Positions 6,838 through 16,500 of a stretch of DNA of 47,484 nt are shown here, piece after piece. This stretch comes from a virus, in IMG/VR virus record IMGVR_UViG_3300033998_000398, positions 1-47,484 of that record. One strand, written 5' to 3'. Both the position numbers and the translations under genes were made by a program. The notes under the pieces are model-generated. The model saw nothing but the letters and a program-made list of their open reading frames with translations. It was not told where the DNA came from and searched no databases. Each line of letters starts with the position of its first letter. Within the stretch, counting starts at the first letter, position 1.

Positions 6838-7434
6838 TTAGTAAGGACCGATGGCTAACCAATAATAGGACATTGTGACGGCGTCTGTCCTATAAGAATA
6901 AACTGTGACACTGGTAGTGCTGGTTCTGTATCCAGCAAATCCTTTAAGTATAGTGTAAGGTACACTGGTGTTAGGTATGGCAAAGAATACTGGTTTAGTA
7001 GCAAATGGTATAGGGAATGTTAAAGTTTTACTGGTAACAGCATTAGCCTTATGAGTTATATTATCAATCCCGTACTGTACCAGTATTTTGTTCCCATTAC
7101 TATCTTCAAATTTTAAGGTTCCTGTTTCATCTGATGTGCTGCAGGATATTAATTTCAATAGAATATTGCCATTTATTCCATCTACCATATCAGCGTCCAG
7201 ACCAGACCCTGAACCATCCACAGTTTTAACCTTTTCAAGGATATCGTTTGCTGTATAAGTGGATGAATCAAGTTTATTGTTTTGTAGATTAGTAACCTGT
7301 CCATTCAAGTTACTAATTTGTTCTTCAAGGTTACTTATTGAACCCTGCAATGAATTGATGCTACTGTTTAAATCATTAAGTAATTTATCAAGTGATTCGA
7401 TTTTGTTACTTAATGATATTATATCCTCTATCAT
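6838..7434 (-). CDS. Tail fibre/spike protein (coiled coil + GSGSGLDADMVDG motif + lectin-like tip)
   Basis: LDAD.VDG fibre motif; QYG...TFPIPF...YYWLAIG tip. Start at 7434 chosen to avoid overlap with the upstream gene (ORF track starts at 7494). Confidence 0.7.
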   Translation of the reverse strand: MIEDIISLSNKIESLDKLLNDLNSSINSLQGSISNLEEQISNLNGQVTNLQNNKLDSSTYTANDILEKVKTVDGSGSGLDADMVDGINGNILLKLISCSTSDETGTLKFEDSNGNKILVQYGIDNITHKANAVTSKTLTFPIPFATKPVFFAIPNTSVPYTILKGFAGYRTSTTSVTVYSYRTDAVTMSYYWLAIGPY

Positions 7435-7438
7435 GGTT

Positions 7439-9781
7439 TTAATCCTCAAACATGTTGATTGAAGTGTCAGGTACTGCTTCGACTGCTCCACCACTAAAGA
7501 TGGTTTTTCTTGGTTCTATCATTTTTCTGAATTTGCTGAATTTCATTTTAGCCTGTATTTCTGGACTCAGTTCATCTAAACCGATTTCCATTGTACCCAT
7601 TGGTCTTTTATCTGTGTCATAATTGTAGGTGATTGATTTTACTTGTGTTACATCATTCAGTATGTTGTTAAAAAAGTTGGTTGTGACAAAATCACCTATG
7701 TCTATTTCATGGAATCCGTCAAGGGTGATGGTGTAGGTGTATTTGAGGGTGGTTTTCTGGTCTTTGTCGGTTTTGGCTTTGTAAGTGGCATAATAGATTC
7801 CTGTTTCATCGTTGAGTACTTCTACATCTTCGTGTGACCCATATCGGAATGTGGTGGCTGGGTCTCTTATTGTTACATATTTGTTGGTTTTGTCTGTGTC
7901 TTTGTAGACTTTGGTGATGGTGTTTTTATGTTTCTGGACTGGTGGGTAACTTATGTTGTTTATGTTCCAGATGTTGCCGTCTTGTCCTTCATAGGCTTCA
8001 AAGATTCTGTTTGGGTCTGGTTTTATTATTTTTAGTTTGTCTTTGCTTCTTTCTTTGTTGTATTCTATTGTTATGTCTGTTTCCAATTTTTCGTTGATGT
8101 TGTTGAGTAGTTCTGAGATTTTTCTTCCGCTGCTTTGTAGTAGTTCTGGTTGTATGGGTTCTCCTTGTCTGAATCCTGTACTTTTTAGTAGCATTTTGTA
8201 ACTGCTTTTGTCTACTTTGGATGTGCTTTTAGGGTCGTATAGGTCGTTGTCGTTAGGTGCTATGTATTTGAGGGCTATTCTTCTTATGTAGAAATTGTTT
8301 CCTGTGCCGTGGAGTGTTGTTAGGATGTCAAGGAGGTTGATTTCTCCTGTTTTGATTGTATTGTTTTCCCAGACTGGTTTGATTTCTCCTATCATTGTGG
8401 AGGGTTGTGAGGCGGTGAATTTTATTGTCCGTGTTTGTCTGGTTCCTGTAGGTGTTAGGCTGTATTGTATTTCTATCCATGCCTGGAATGGTTTGCTTTT
8501 ATCGTATCCTACTCTTCCTGGGACTGTTTTGTAGACTCCTGTTCCTTTCCTGACTTTTCCTGTTTTGGTTAGTTTTTTGGGTATGTAGACTTTGGTGGGT
8601 TTGTCGCTGGCTTCGTTTCCCAGTCCGTATTCTATGAAGAATATGGGTTTGTCGTTTAGGAGGTATCCTTTTTTTTCTTCTGTTTTGTTCCAGGTGCTGT
8701 CCCATAGGATTGCATATTGTGTTGAGCCTTTTTTATGGGTGTTTCTTAGTGTTATGGTGTCTGTGTTGATTGTTTTTATGATGTTGGTGCAGGTTAGGCG
8801 TTTCCGGTCTGTTTTGTTTTTGTAGTTGATTCTGTACCATTTTTGGCTGGGTATTTGGTTTTTTATTTCTTGGATGTTGCTTTGTGTTATGGGTAGTTCT
8901 ATTGCTTCCAGGCAGTATTGTAGTGCGTCGTATAGTGTGGGTGCTTTGTATATTGGTGCGTTTTCGCTGGTTTCTCCTCCTATGCTGATTTCTTTTAGTA
9001 TGTGTTTGTTTTCTGCGTCTATTAGTCTTCCTGCTGCATTTATGGTTATGGTTAGTAGGTCTTCATCGGTTATTGCACTGCTTATGTATCCTCCAAAGAT
9101 TTGTTTTTGTTTGCCTGTTCTGGTTGTTACATAGAGGTTTATGGGGTCTCTGTATTCATAGATTAGTCCTGATGGGTTTCCTGGTTCTATGAATCCTCCT
9201 TCTTGGTATGGTTTGTGTTCGTGTTTTATTTTCATTTCAAGGGTGTCTGGTTGTCCGTTTAAGCCTTTGGTTACTTTTGCGTCAAGTATTGTAATTTGTC
9301 CATTGTTTTCTGTATCTCCTGTGGTTTCCCTGATTTTTTTCATGTATAGGGTTATGAATCCTGTTTTTCCTGTGATTGTTATTGTGTGTGTTCCTTTTGG
9401 GATTAGGTGTGTTCCAAGGTCTGTTTTTCTTATGAATGTGTCTTTGCTTTGTGTTTGTATGTTTTTTAGTGTGTTGTTGTTTATTTTGATGTTTAGTGTG
9501 TCTGGGTTTGTTTGTGTTTTGTGGTAGGCTTCGATTCTGTAGATTCCTGTTTCTTGTATGTTGTAGGTTGCTGTGATGGTGTATGTGTTGTTTGTGTTGT
9601 TGGGTGTCCAGATGGTGAATCCATCCTGTGTTATTGTTTTGGCATTGGATGTATTGCGGTATTCTGTCCCGTATTTGTAGTAGATGTGGTTAGGGTCGTA
9701 TGATTCTACATCCACTTTGATGAAATCTTTAATCCTATGTATTTTCTGTCCTGAATAGGGTCTTTTGATATAGTCCACCAT
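7439..9781 (-). CDS. Minor tail/baseplate hub-like protein, 780 aa
   Basis: Position after the distal tail genes; beta-rich N-terminus; late-control-D-like C-terminus (YTITLDG..EIDIGDFV). Confidence 0.65.
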   Translation of the reverse strand: MVDYIKRPYSGQKIHRIKDFIKVDVESYDPNHIYYKYGTEYRNTSNAKTITQDGFTIWTPNNTNNTYTITATYNIQETGIYRIEAYHKTQTNPDTLNIKINNNTLKNIQTQSKDTFIRKTDLGTHLIPKGTHTITITGKTGFITLYMKKIRETTGDTENNGQITILDAKVTKGLNGQPDTLEMKIKHEHKPYQEGGFIEPGNPSGLIYEYRDPINLYVTTRTGKQKQIFGGYISSAITDEDLLTITINAAGRLIDAENKHILKEISIGGETSENAPIYKAPTLYDALQYCLEAIELPITQSNIQEIKNQIPSQKWYRINYKNKTDRKRLTCTNIIKTINTDTITLRNTHKKGSTQYAILWDSTWNKTEEKKGYLLNDKPIFFIEYGLGNEASDKPTKVYIPKKLTKTGKVRKGTGVYKTVPGRVGYDKSKPFQAWIEIQYSLTPTGTRQTRTIKFTASQPSTMIGEIKPVWENNTIKTGEINLLDILTTLHGTGNNFYIRRIALKYIAPNDNDLYDPKSTSKVDKSSYKMLLKSTGFRQGEPIQPELLQSSGRKISELLNNINEKLETDITIEYNKERSKDKLKIIKPDPNRIFEAYEGQDGNIWNINNISYPPVQKHKNTITKVYKDTDKTNKYVTIRDPATTFRYGSHEDVEVLNDETGIYYATYKAKTDKDQKTTLKYTYTITLDGFHEIDIGDFVTTNFFNNILNDVTQVKSITYNYDTDKRPMGTMEIGLDELSPEIQAKMKFSKFRKMIEPRKTIFSGGAVEAVPDTSINMFED

Positions 9782-9808
9782 AGTGTTTCACCATAAAAAA
9801 ATTAAATT

Positions 9809-12800
9809 TTATAATCTGTGAATTTCCAGTTTCTGCTCATAATGGTTTAACCATTCAAATGCCTGGTTTTCTGGTGTATCCTGTGGTTGTCCCTGCATTG
9901 TCCTGTAAGGTATTAGTATGGTTTCATTGCTTTTGGGTATCCTGTCTGGGTAAATACTGGTGTAATCAGGTTTAATCACCTGTAAACCATAAGGTTCAAG
10001 GTTATTGTAGAGTTGTAGGTAAAATAAATTGTTGAATTGTAATTTAGTTAAGTTACTGGTGTTTTTAGTTACCAGTTCACCCTGACCATTATCATGTAAT
10101 ACTTTTTCAAATGGTTCATAGAACCGTAAATCCATATTAGGGTGTTTAATTGAAATGAATGGTTTACCTCTCCATAATGTGAATAGGGTTGTATTCACTT
10201 TTATTGTGGCTTTATCCTGTGTTATCTGGTCTATCTCCACATTTTCTATCATGTCGGGTGTTAATCTGCAGATTTCATACCAGTCCTGTGCATTGTTGAG
10301 GCTGGGGTCGTACCTGTAAATTTTAATATAATTGTATTGTTTGGAGATTTCCAGTTTCGTTAAGCCATTGGTTAGGCAGATGGGGTCTGATTTGTATCTG
10401 TTGGAGAGTAAGGATACACCATCATGGGTTGTTATGTTGACTCCGCCTTTGTAGAAATTATATGGTTCAGTATAGTATAGGTTGGGTGTTCCATCATCTT
10501 TATAATAGTAGATTAAACCGTCTTCAGCTTCTCTGGTGTACTGTATGACTTTGTTTTTCAGTGGGAATGGTGAAGCGATGATTTTATCGTATTTACCTTG
10601 TATTGTGTTGGTGTATTTGTGTTCTGTGACTTCAAAGGTATGGGTTGTTGTTAATGGTTGAGTATAACTGGTGTTTTCTATGTTTATTTCTATGTGGTAG
10701 TGTTTGTGTTCTGGTAGTGGTATGTGGTTTTGTGCTAATTCTATCCCTGAGACTCCTGTTTCCAGTATATTGACTGTATTATCCTGTATTTCTATCTGTG
10801 TGGTTGTATTGTAGGTGTTATTGTTTACTGGTAATGTGATAGTGTCTTCGAAGGTTTCTATGCAGTTATCTTCATCGTAACTGAGTATTGTCCCATAAAA
10901 GTTTGTTCCATCACTTTGTAGGATGTATTTGAGGTATGTGGTGTCTTCTTCATCTTTTATACTGATTGTCCTGGTGTGTTTATCTGGTGCGATAGTGTTA
11001 AAAGTGTAATTGTGTATTAGGGTGTATGGTGTGTCCAGTGCTGGTGTTGTTAGTTTAGCCTGTTTGATTGCTGGTAATTCTATTGTATTAGTGTCGGCTG
11101 TGTATGTTCCATTAGTATCTACTGTGAAGTAAGTGTGTATTTGGTCGCTGGTTCCTATTCTCTGAATTGGGTACACTGGTTTAATTGTATAATTATTTAC
11201 TTTGTTTAATAGGTTTATTTTGAGTTCTGGGTTCAGGTTGCGGGTTAAATAGTATAATTCTATATCACACAGGTATTTGTCTGGGTTTAAGTATTCGAAT
11301 GTGGCTTTATGGATTTCAGCATATCCTTTATGGTTTAATAGGTCTGTAGTGTTACTGTTTACTGTGGTGTTGATGGGTACTGGTTCATCAAGTTCGATTA
11401 GTCCTTGTAGGGTGATTGCGTCTTTTCTGGGTAGTACTATTGATAATGGTATTTCTTCATTGAAGTCTCCTTTTTTACCAACATTCACTTTATTCTTGTA
11501 TCCTTCTTTTAAAAGTGTGTTGGTGGTTGTGTTGGAGGCGTCGTTTAATCTGTGTCCCTGTTCAAGTTTTATGCAGCCGATATATCCTTTAATTATATCA
11601 TATTTTCCTTTAATTTTACTGAGGGTTTTACTGTACTGTCCTTTGGCGATAACTGTGGCGTTTGACCCTGTAACAATGTAATTGTATATACTTTCTGATT
11701 TGGTTTTGAATTTCTGTCCAAGTGCATATAATTGTCCGTCAAAGTATAAGGTGATTGTTTTGGTTTTGCTGACTATTAAATCGGAGTCTTCTGCAATGAA
11801 TGTTAGTTCTGTTCCTGAGGTTGGTGTGGTGGTTACTGTGGCGGTTAGAGTATAGTCTCCTGTACCTGCTGGTTTGAAGATTATTTGTCCTCCTACATCG
11901 GGTATGGTTTTAGTGGTGCTGTCTGTTATTCCTGTTGACCCTGTTATTTGTGTGGTATTAGTGAATGGGTGTTTTATGGTTACTATTCGGTTGTTGGTGT
12001 CGTATGCTGCACCGTTGATGTTTATTGTTAGTGTATAGGGTTGTCCGATGGGTGTTGTGTCGTTTCCTGTGAGGGTTATGTCGATGGTGGCTTCTGGGTT
12101 GATGATTTCTATTGTGTCGTTTATTGTAATGTTGAAGTTGTCTACACTGCAGTTGATTAATTTAGTTCCTACTGTGGTTGATTTAAGGGTTAGTGTGATG
12201 GTTGCTGTTCCGTTGCTTAGTGTTGCATTCCATTTCCCTGTACTGGTACTGTAGGTTCCGTTATTTGTAGTGTACCCTGTACATGTAACACCGTCTGGTA
12301 AGGATATTGTGACTGGTATAGCATATCCCTGATGGACATTGTTAGTGTTGGTTAAAGTTAATGTATAGGTGAATTCTTCATTTACTGGTGCTTGGGTTGG
12401 TTTTTGACTGGTTAATGAGTATGTAGGTGGTGTATAGTCTACCAGGACATACATGTAGTCCATTCTCATTATACCGGTATTATAATTGGTGTTTCTTCTG
12501 GGTGAGATGACTACTGTAGCATTACTGCTATTCACATATACTGGTTTGAGGTTTGGGTATTCTGTAGATGTGAATTCTACATAGTGCTGTGTCCTGGTTG
12601 TGGCTACTGTGGTGGAGTTGAGTTTACTTGAGGTGTTGTTGCCACCATTCATGTATTCCAGCCATACATAAGAGCCTGGAATAGAGGGTACACCTGTGGT
12701 TCCACCATTCGGATTAGTTATTACATCTTCCCAGTAAACCCTGATATAATTGATTTTACTGTTTAATGGGATATTGAAACCATAATTGTATCCTTTTACT

Positions 12801-12979
12801 TTTCCTGGTTTGCTGACTGTTCCTGAGACTGAGGCGATGGTGGATGTGTAGGCGTCTACATTATCGTTTGCTTTGATTTTATCTATAGCGTTCCATGTGG
12901 TTTCAGTATATGTACCGTACCGGTCGGTTTCTGACCTGTAATAAGTGGTTGTCTGTGGGTATTTGATTACCTGTGTCAC
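9809..12979 (-). CDS. Large tail/adhesin-like protein with DUF11/Ig-like repeats, 1056 aa
   Basis: FTYTLTLTN...VTISLPDGVT...GKWN pattern; Thr-rich beta repeats; tail module position. Confidence 0.7.
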   Translation of the reverse strand: MTQVIKYPQTTTYYRSETDRYGTYTETTWNAIDKIKANDNVDAYTSTIASVSGTVSKPGKVKGYNYGFNIPLNSKINYIRVYWEDVITNPNGGTTGVPSIPGSYVWLEYMNGGNNTSSKLNSTTVATTRTQHYVEFTSTEYPNLKPVYVNSSNATVVISPRRNTNYNTGIMRMDYMYVLVDYTPPTYSLTSQKPTQAPVNEEFTYTLTLTNTNNVHQGYAIPVTISLPDGVTCTGYTTNNGTYSTSTGKWNATLSNGTATITLTLKSTTVGTKLINCSVDNFNITINDTIEIINPEATIDITLTGNDTTPIGQPYTLTININGAAYDTNNRIVTIKHPFTNTTQITGSTGITDSTTKTIPDVGGQIIFKPAGTGDYTLTATVTTTPTSGTELTFIAEDSDLIVSKTKTITLYFDGQLYALGQKFKTKSESIYNYIVTGSNATVIAKGQYSKTLSKIKGKYDIIKGYIGCIKLEQGHRLNDASNTTTNTLLKEGYKNKVNVGKKGDFNEEIPLSIVLPRKDAITLQGLIELDEPVPINTTVNSNTTDLLNHKGYAEIHKATFEYLNPDKYLCDIELYYLTRNLNPELKINLLNKVNNYTIKPVYPIQRIGTSDQIHTYFTVDTNGTYTADTNTIELPAIKQAKLTTPALDTPYTLIHNYTFNTIAPDKHTRTISIKDEEDTTYLKYILQSDGTNFYGTILSYDEDNCIETFEDTITLPVNNNTYNTTTQIEIQDNTVNILETGVSGIELAQNHIPLPEHKHYHIEINIENTSYTQPLTTTHTFEVTEHKYTNTIQGKYDKIIASPFPLKNKVIQYTREAEDGLIYYYKDDGTPNLYYTEPYNFYKGGVNITTHDGVSLLSNRYKSDPICLTNGLTKLEISKQYNYIKIYRYDPSLNNAQDWYEICRLTPDMIENVEIDQITQDKATIKVNTTLFTLWRGKPFISIKHPNMDLRFYEPFEKVLHDNGQGELVTKNTSNLTKLQFNNLFYLQLYNNLEPYGLQVIKPDYTSIYPDRIPKSNETILIPYRTMQGQPQDTPENQAFEWLNHYEQKLEIHRL

Positions 12980-13020
12980 TTAATACACCTCAAAATTAAA
13001 AGGATAGAGTTTTTTAGGGT

Positions 13021-13464
13021 TTATCCTGTGCATACGGTTTCCCCTATTTTCCATAGTGCACCGCTGAATACGATTGTCAGGTAATTGTTGACATTACTGA
13101 TGGGTGCTGATTCTATATCAGCACATAGAATGTCATCTGTAGTGTCATTTACTATGAGTATCCCTGCGATGGTGGGTATTGTCTGTGTGATGTTGACTGT
13201 GACGGATGAACCTGCGACACTAATCTGGTATCCATCCACTAATTCACTGACTTCAAGGGATACTGTGGGTGCTGTGTAATAGTCTGGATTCACCTGTTTG
13301 TTGGAAATTGTTGAGAATTTATCAAGGTTGTTTACTGATAAGCCTGTTACATCGCTGAGTAATTTAACTTTATAAGTGTTTCCGTTGATGTTATCTAAAT
13401 CAAAGACTTTACCAAGTTTTTTAATATTCTTTTTAGGTATTTTGAAGATTCTTTCATCTGTCAT
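13021..13464 (-). CDS. Putative tail protein
   Basis: RBS GAGGTG; directly after the tape measure gene. Confidence 0.6.
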   Translation of the reverse strand: MTDERIFKIPKKNIKKLGKVFDLDNINGNTYKVKLLSDVTGLSVNNLDKFSTISNKQVNPDYYTAPTVSLEVSELVDGYQISVAGSSVTVNITQTIPTIAGILIVNDTTDDILCADIESAPISNVNNYLTIVFSGALWKIGETVCTG

Positions 13465-13493
13465 TTATAATCACCTCAAGTAAGAAAAGAATA

Positions 13494-13517
13494 AAGTTAT
13501 AAGTTATAAGTTATAAG
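13494..13517. repeat. (AAGTTAT)n heptamer repeat, 3.4 copies
   Basis: Read directly; overlaps the TMP stop. Confidence 0.9.
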
Positions 13518-16500
13518 CCATGTGCGGCACTATTATTGATAATTCTGGTTATAGTCCTGTCAGCCACCTGTTTCATGGCTGATTCAAGGTCTTCAATACC
13601 ATTGACTGTCCCTGAAATCTCAATATTTATGTTGTTGATTACTGATTTGTTTTCTGTACTACTGGATGTGCCTGCTGCTCTAACTTTAGGACTTGTCCAG
13701 CCGTATCCATGCTGAAATGCGGTCGTGTCAAAAGCTTTACCTTCAACAACTGCCCATACATGTCTATTGCTACCCCAATAACCATGTGCCATTCCAGCAT
13801 TCAATCCTAAACCCCTGGCAAGGTCTATCAGAATCTGTGCACCATCATAACAGTTAAAGGCACCCCTCTGCAATGCCTCCTTATTACTGTACCTGTCACC
13901 GTAATAAAATTCATACCTTGTACCCTGTATGAGACTCCTTGCCACTACTTCAAAGAGTTTAGTATTGAATTTACGCTGCCAGATATCCTGAACCTTAATT
14001 TGTTGTCCCTTAATATTCACTGGCAATTCATTAATTTTACCCTTGATAATATCTGTCCAGTTGGCGAATGGTTGTCCACCATAACACCTTTTAGGGTCTG
14101 AACAATAGAATGGATTGGATGACCTTGAATCCTGTGCTGGTCGATTATCAGCTTTAAGTGCCCCTGCGTATCCTTCAGGTGGCATAAGTGGGTCGTAACC
14201 AATAGTAATAGATTCAATACTCCTTTTAATCGCATTACCTATACCAGCAAAGACCCTGTTACTACCACCTGAGAGTGAACTGCTTGGCGACCGTGTAGCA
14301 CCCCTATAGATACCTGGACCAGCATAGCCTCCAGCACTACCCTTCTTCTTAGAACCACCCGCACTACCTGGTTTCTTACCACCAAATGGATTTTTAATAA
14401 AATCAATGAATCCCAGGATATCATTCCATAACTTATTCACCCATTTCATCACTGAATCCCACAGGTTTTTGGCTCCAGTGGTGAATGAACTAACCAGGTT
14501 ATCCCATGTCCCTGTGGCTTTATTCCAGATATTCTTGACTATTCCTGTTATGGTACTGTATATACTCATAAATATGCTTTTGAGGGAATTCCATAATTGT
14601 CTACCAAACCCTGATAGTACAGCGATACCATTCATGAATATACCGCTTACACTGGTAAATATCCCTGAAATAGTATTCCAGATTGTGGTGGCTACATTAG
14701 TGAAGATATTATAGATTGTCATTGGTATATTGGTAATACTGTTTATGAGTCCTCCGAAATAAGTGTTGAAGGTTGTGGTTAGCCATGTCCAGATATTGGT
14801 GAATCCTGTGGTTATCCATGTCCATGCGCCGTTGAGTGCACTGCTAACTTGTGTACCAAGGTTGGTGAACCAACCAATGATACTATTCACAGTATTCATT
14901 ATCCCAGTATCAACCCATTTGAAGAAACTACTGATTTGTCCACCAAGCCGACCGAACCAACTGGTTATCGGTTGCAGTATTTCCCCTATAACTTTGCCTG
15001 GTCTTCTCCAGAAATTATCCCAAGCCATCTGTAAATCCATAATAAATATTTTAATTCTGAGGAATCCAACTTGTAACCAGGCTATGAATCGTTTCATTGG
15101 ACTATCGGACTCAGTCATGGTTTTAACACCCTGACTGATTTCATCCATTGCAGCCATTCTATCAGTAATGTACTGTTTGTTCTGTTTAGCGTTCTGTGCA
15201 AATGTGTCATTCCTGTCCAGGATGTCTGCTTGCCATCGTTCAGCGATTCCCCTGATACGGTTCTGCCTATCCAGTGCGTCTTTCCTAATTCTTTCCTGGT
15301 AAGTGAATTTTCCACCGAATTTGCTTTGTGTATAGGCGTCTGAAGTGTCAAGTCCGTGTTCTTTCATTTTCTGCATGAATTTTTCTCTGTATCTTGTGTC
15401 GCTGGCTCTTTCTTCAGCGGTTAGTTGCTGGTCTACTTCCCTGACTCTTTTAAGTTCTTCTTCAGCGGCAGCTGCCTGTCTTGCAGCGGCTGCGGCGTTT
15501 TCATGTGCCCTTGCTATTGCTTTTTCAGTGTCAAGGTATGCCTGTGTACCGGGTGTTAAAGTTTTAAGTCTCTGTCTAAGTTCTGATTCTTTTTTACTCC
15601 AGTAATCGGAGGAATCTTTTAATTTTTTGACTTGCTGGTCTCCATTTTGCAGGAAATCATAGTATTGTTTCATTGCACCTGCTGCTTTCTGGGTTTCTAC
15701 TCCTACTGTGGCATAGGCTGCTGCCAGTGCTGTTAGTGCTGCTATTGCTAATCCTGCAGCGACTGGGTTAGCAAGTAGTATTGCGTTGAATGCGGCTCCT
15801 GCAGCGGCAGCGGCATTGGTGGCTACAGCGTTGGCTATCTTTGCTACTGTGTTTGCTACGGTAGTGGCAGTGTTCCTGATGGTGGCTAATATTCCCCCAT
15901 TACTGGCGGTTGCTTCACTCCTTTTAGCCCATACGGCTTTAATTGTTGCAGCGGTGCTTAATTTTGTGACATCAATATTTGTTCCTTTAGCAATCGCTTC
16001 TTTGAAGGTTAATGCTATGCTTCTTTCTCTTATGACATTGTTGGCTTCCAGTGCAACTCTATTAGCGATTATTGCGTCTCTACCAAAGAGTTCTTCAAGT
16101 GCCTGTAGTCTGGTTATTCCCCTGGCTCTTGCCACTGCATTTATGTGCATTTTCTGGGTTCTGGTTAATTGTTCATAGGCGATTTTCTGCATTTGGTTGT
16201 ATACGACCAGTTGTCGCTGTGCTGGTGGTAGTGACCTGAGGCTTGTTCCTAACTGGTTATTAATAACATGATTGTTTGCCATTGCAGTGGCAAGCATGTT
16301 AAATTTTTCAGTATTATTTTTAAGGACTTTACCTGCAGCGTTGGTTGTCGGAATAACATCCTTTGCCAGCGCTTTGCTGAATTCACCCATTCCTTTATTT
16401 AGTCCTGATAGGTTAGCCATGAAATCTGAACCAAATAGGCGTGCTGCCAGAATCTGACCCTTCATATAGGCAAAGGAGGCACCCACCATACCTAAAGCCA

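Noticed and set aside
6838-7434. Diversity-generating retroelement acting on the tail fibre
   Set aside because: No reverse transcriptase and no template/variable repeat pair seen
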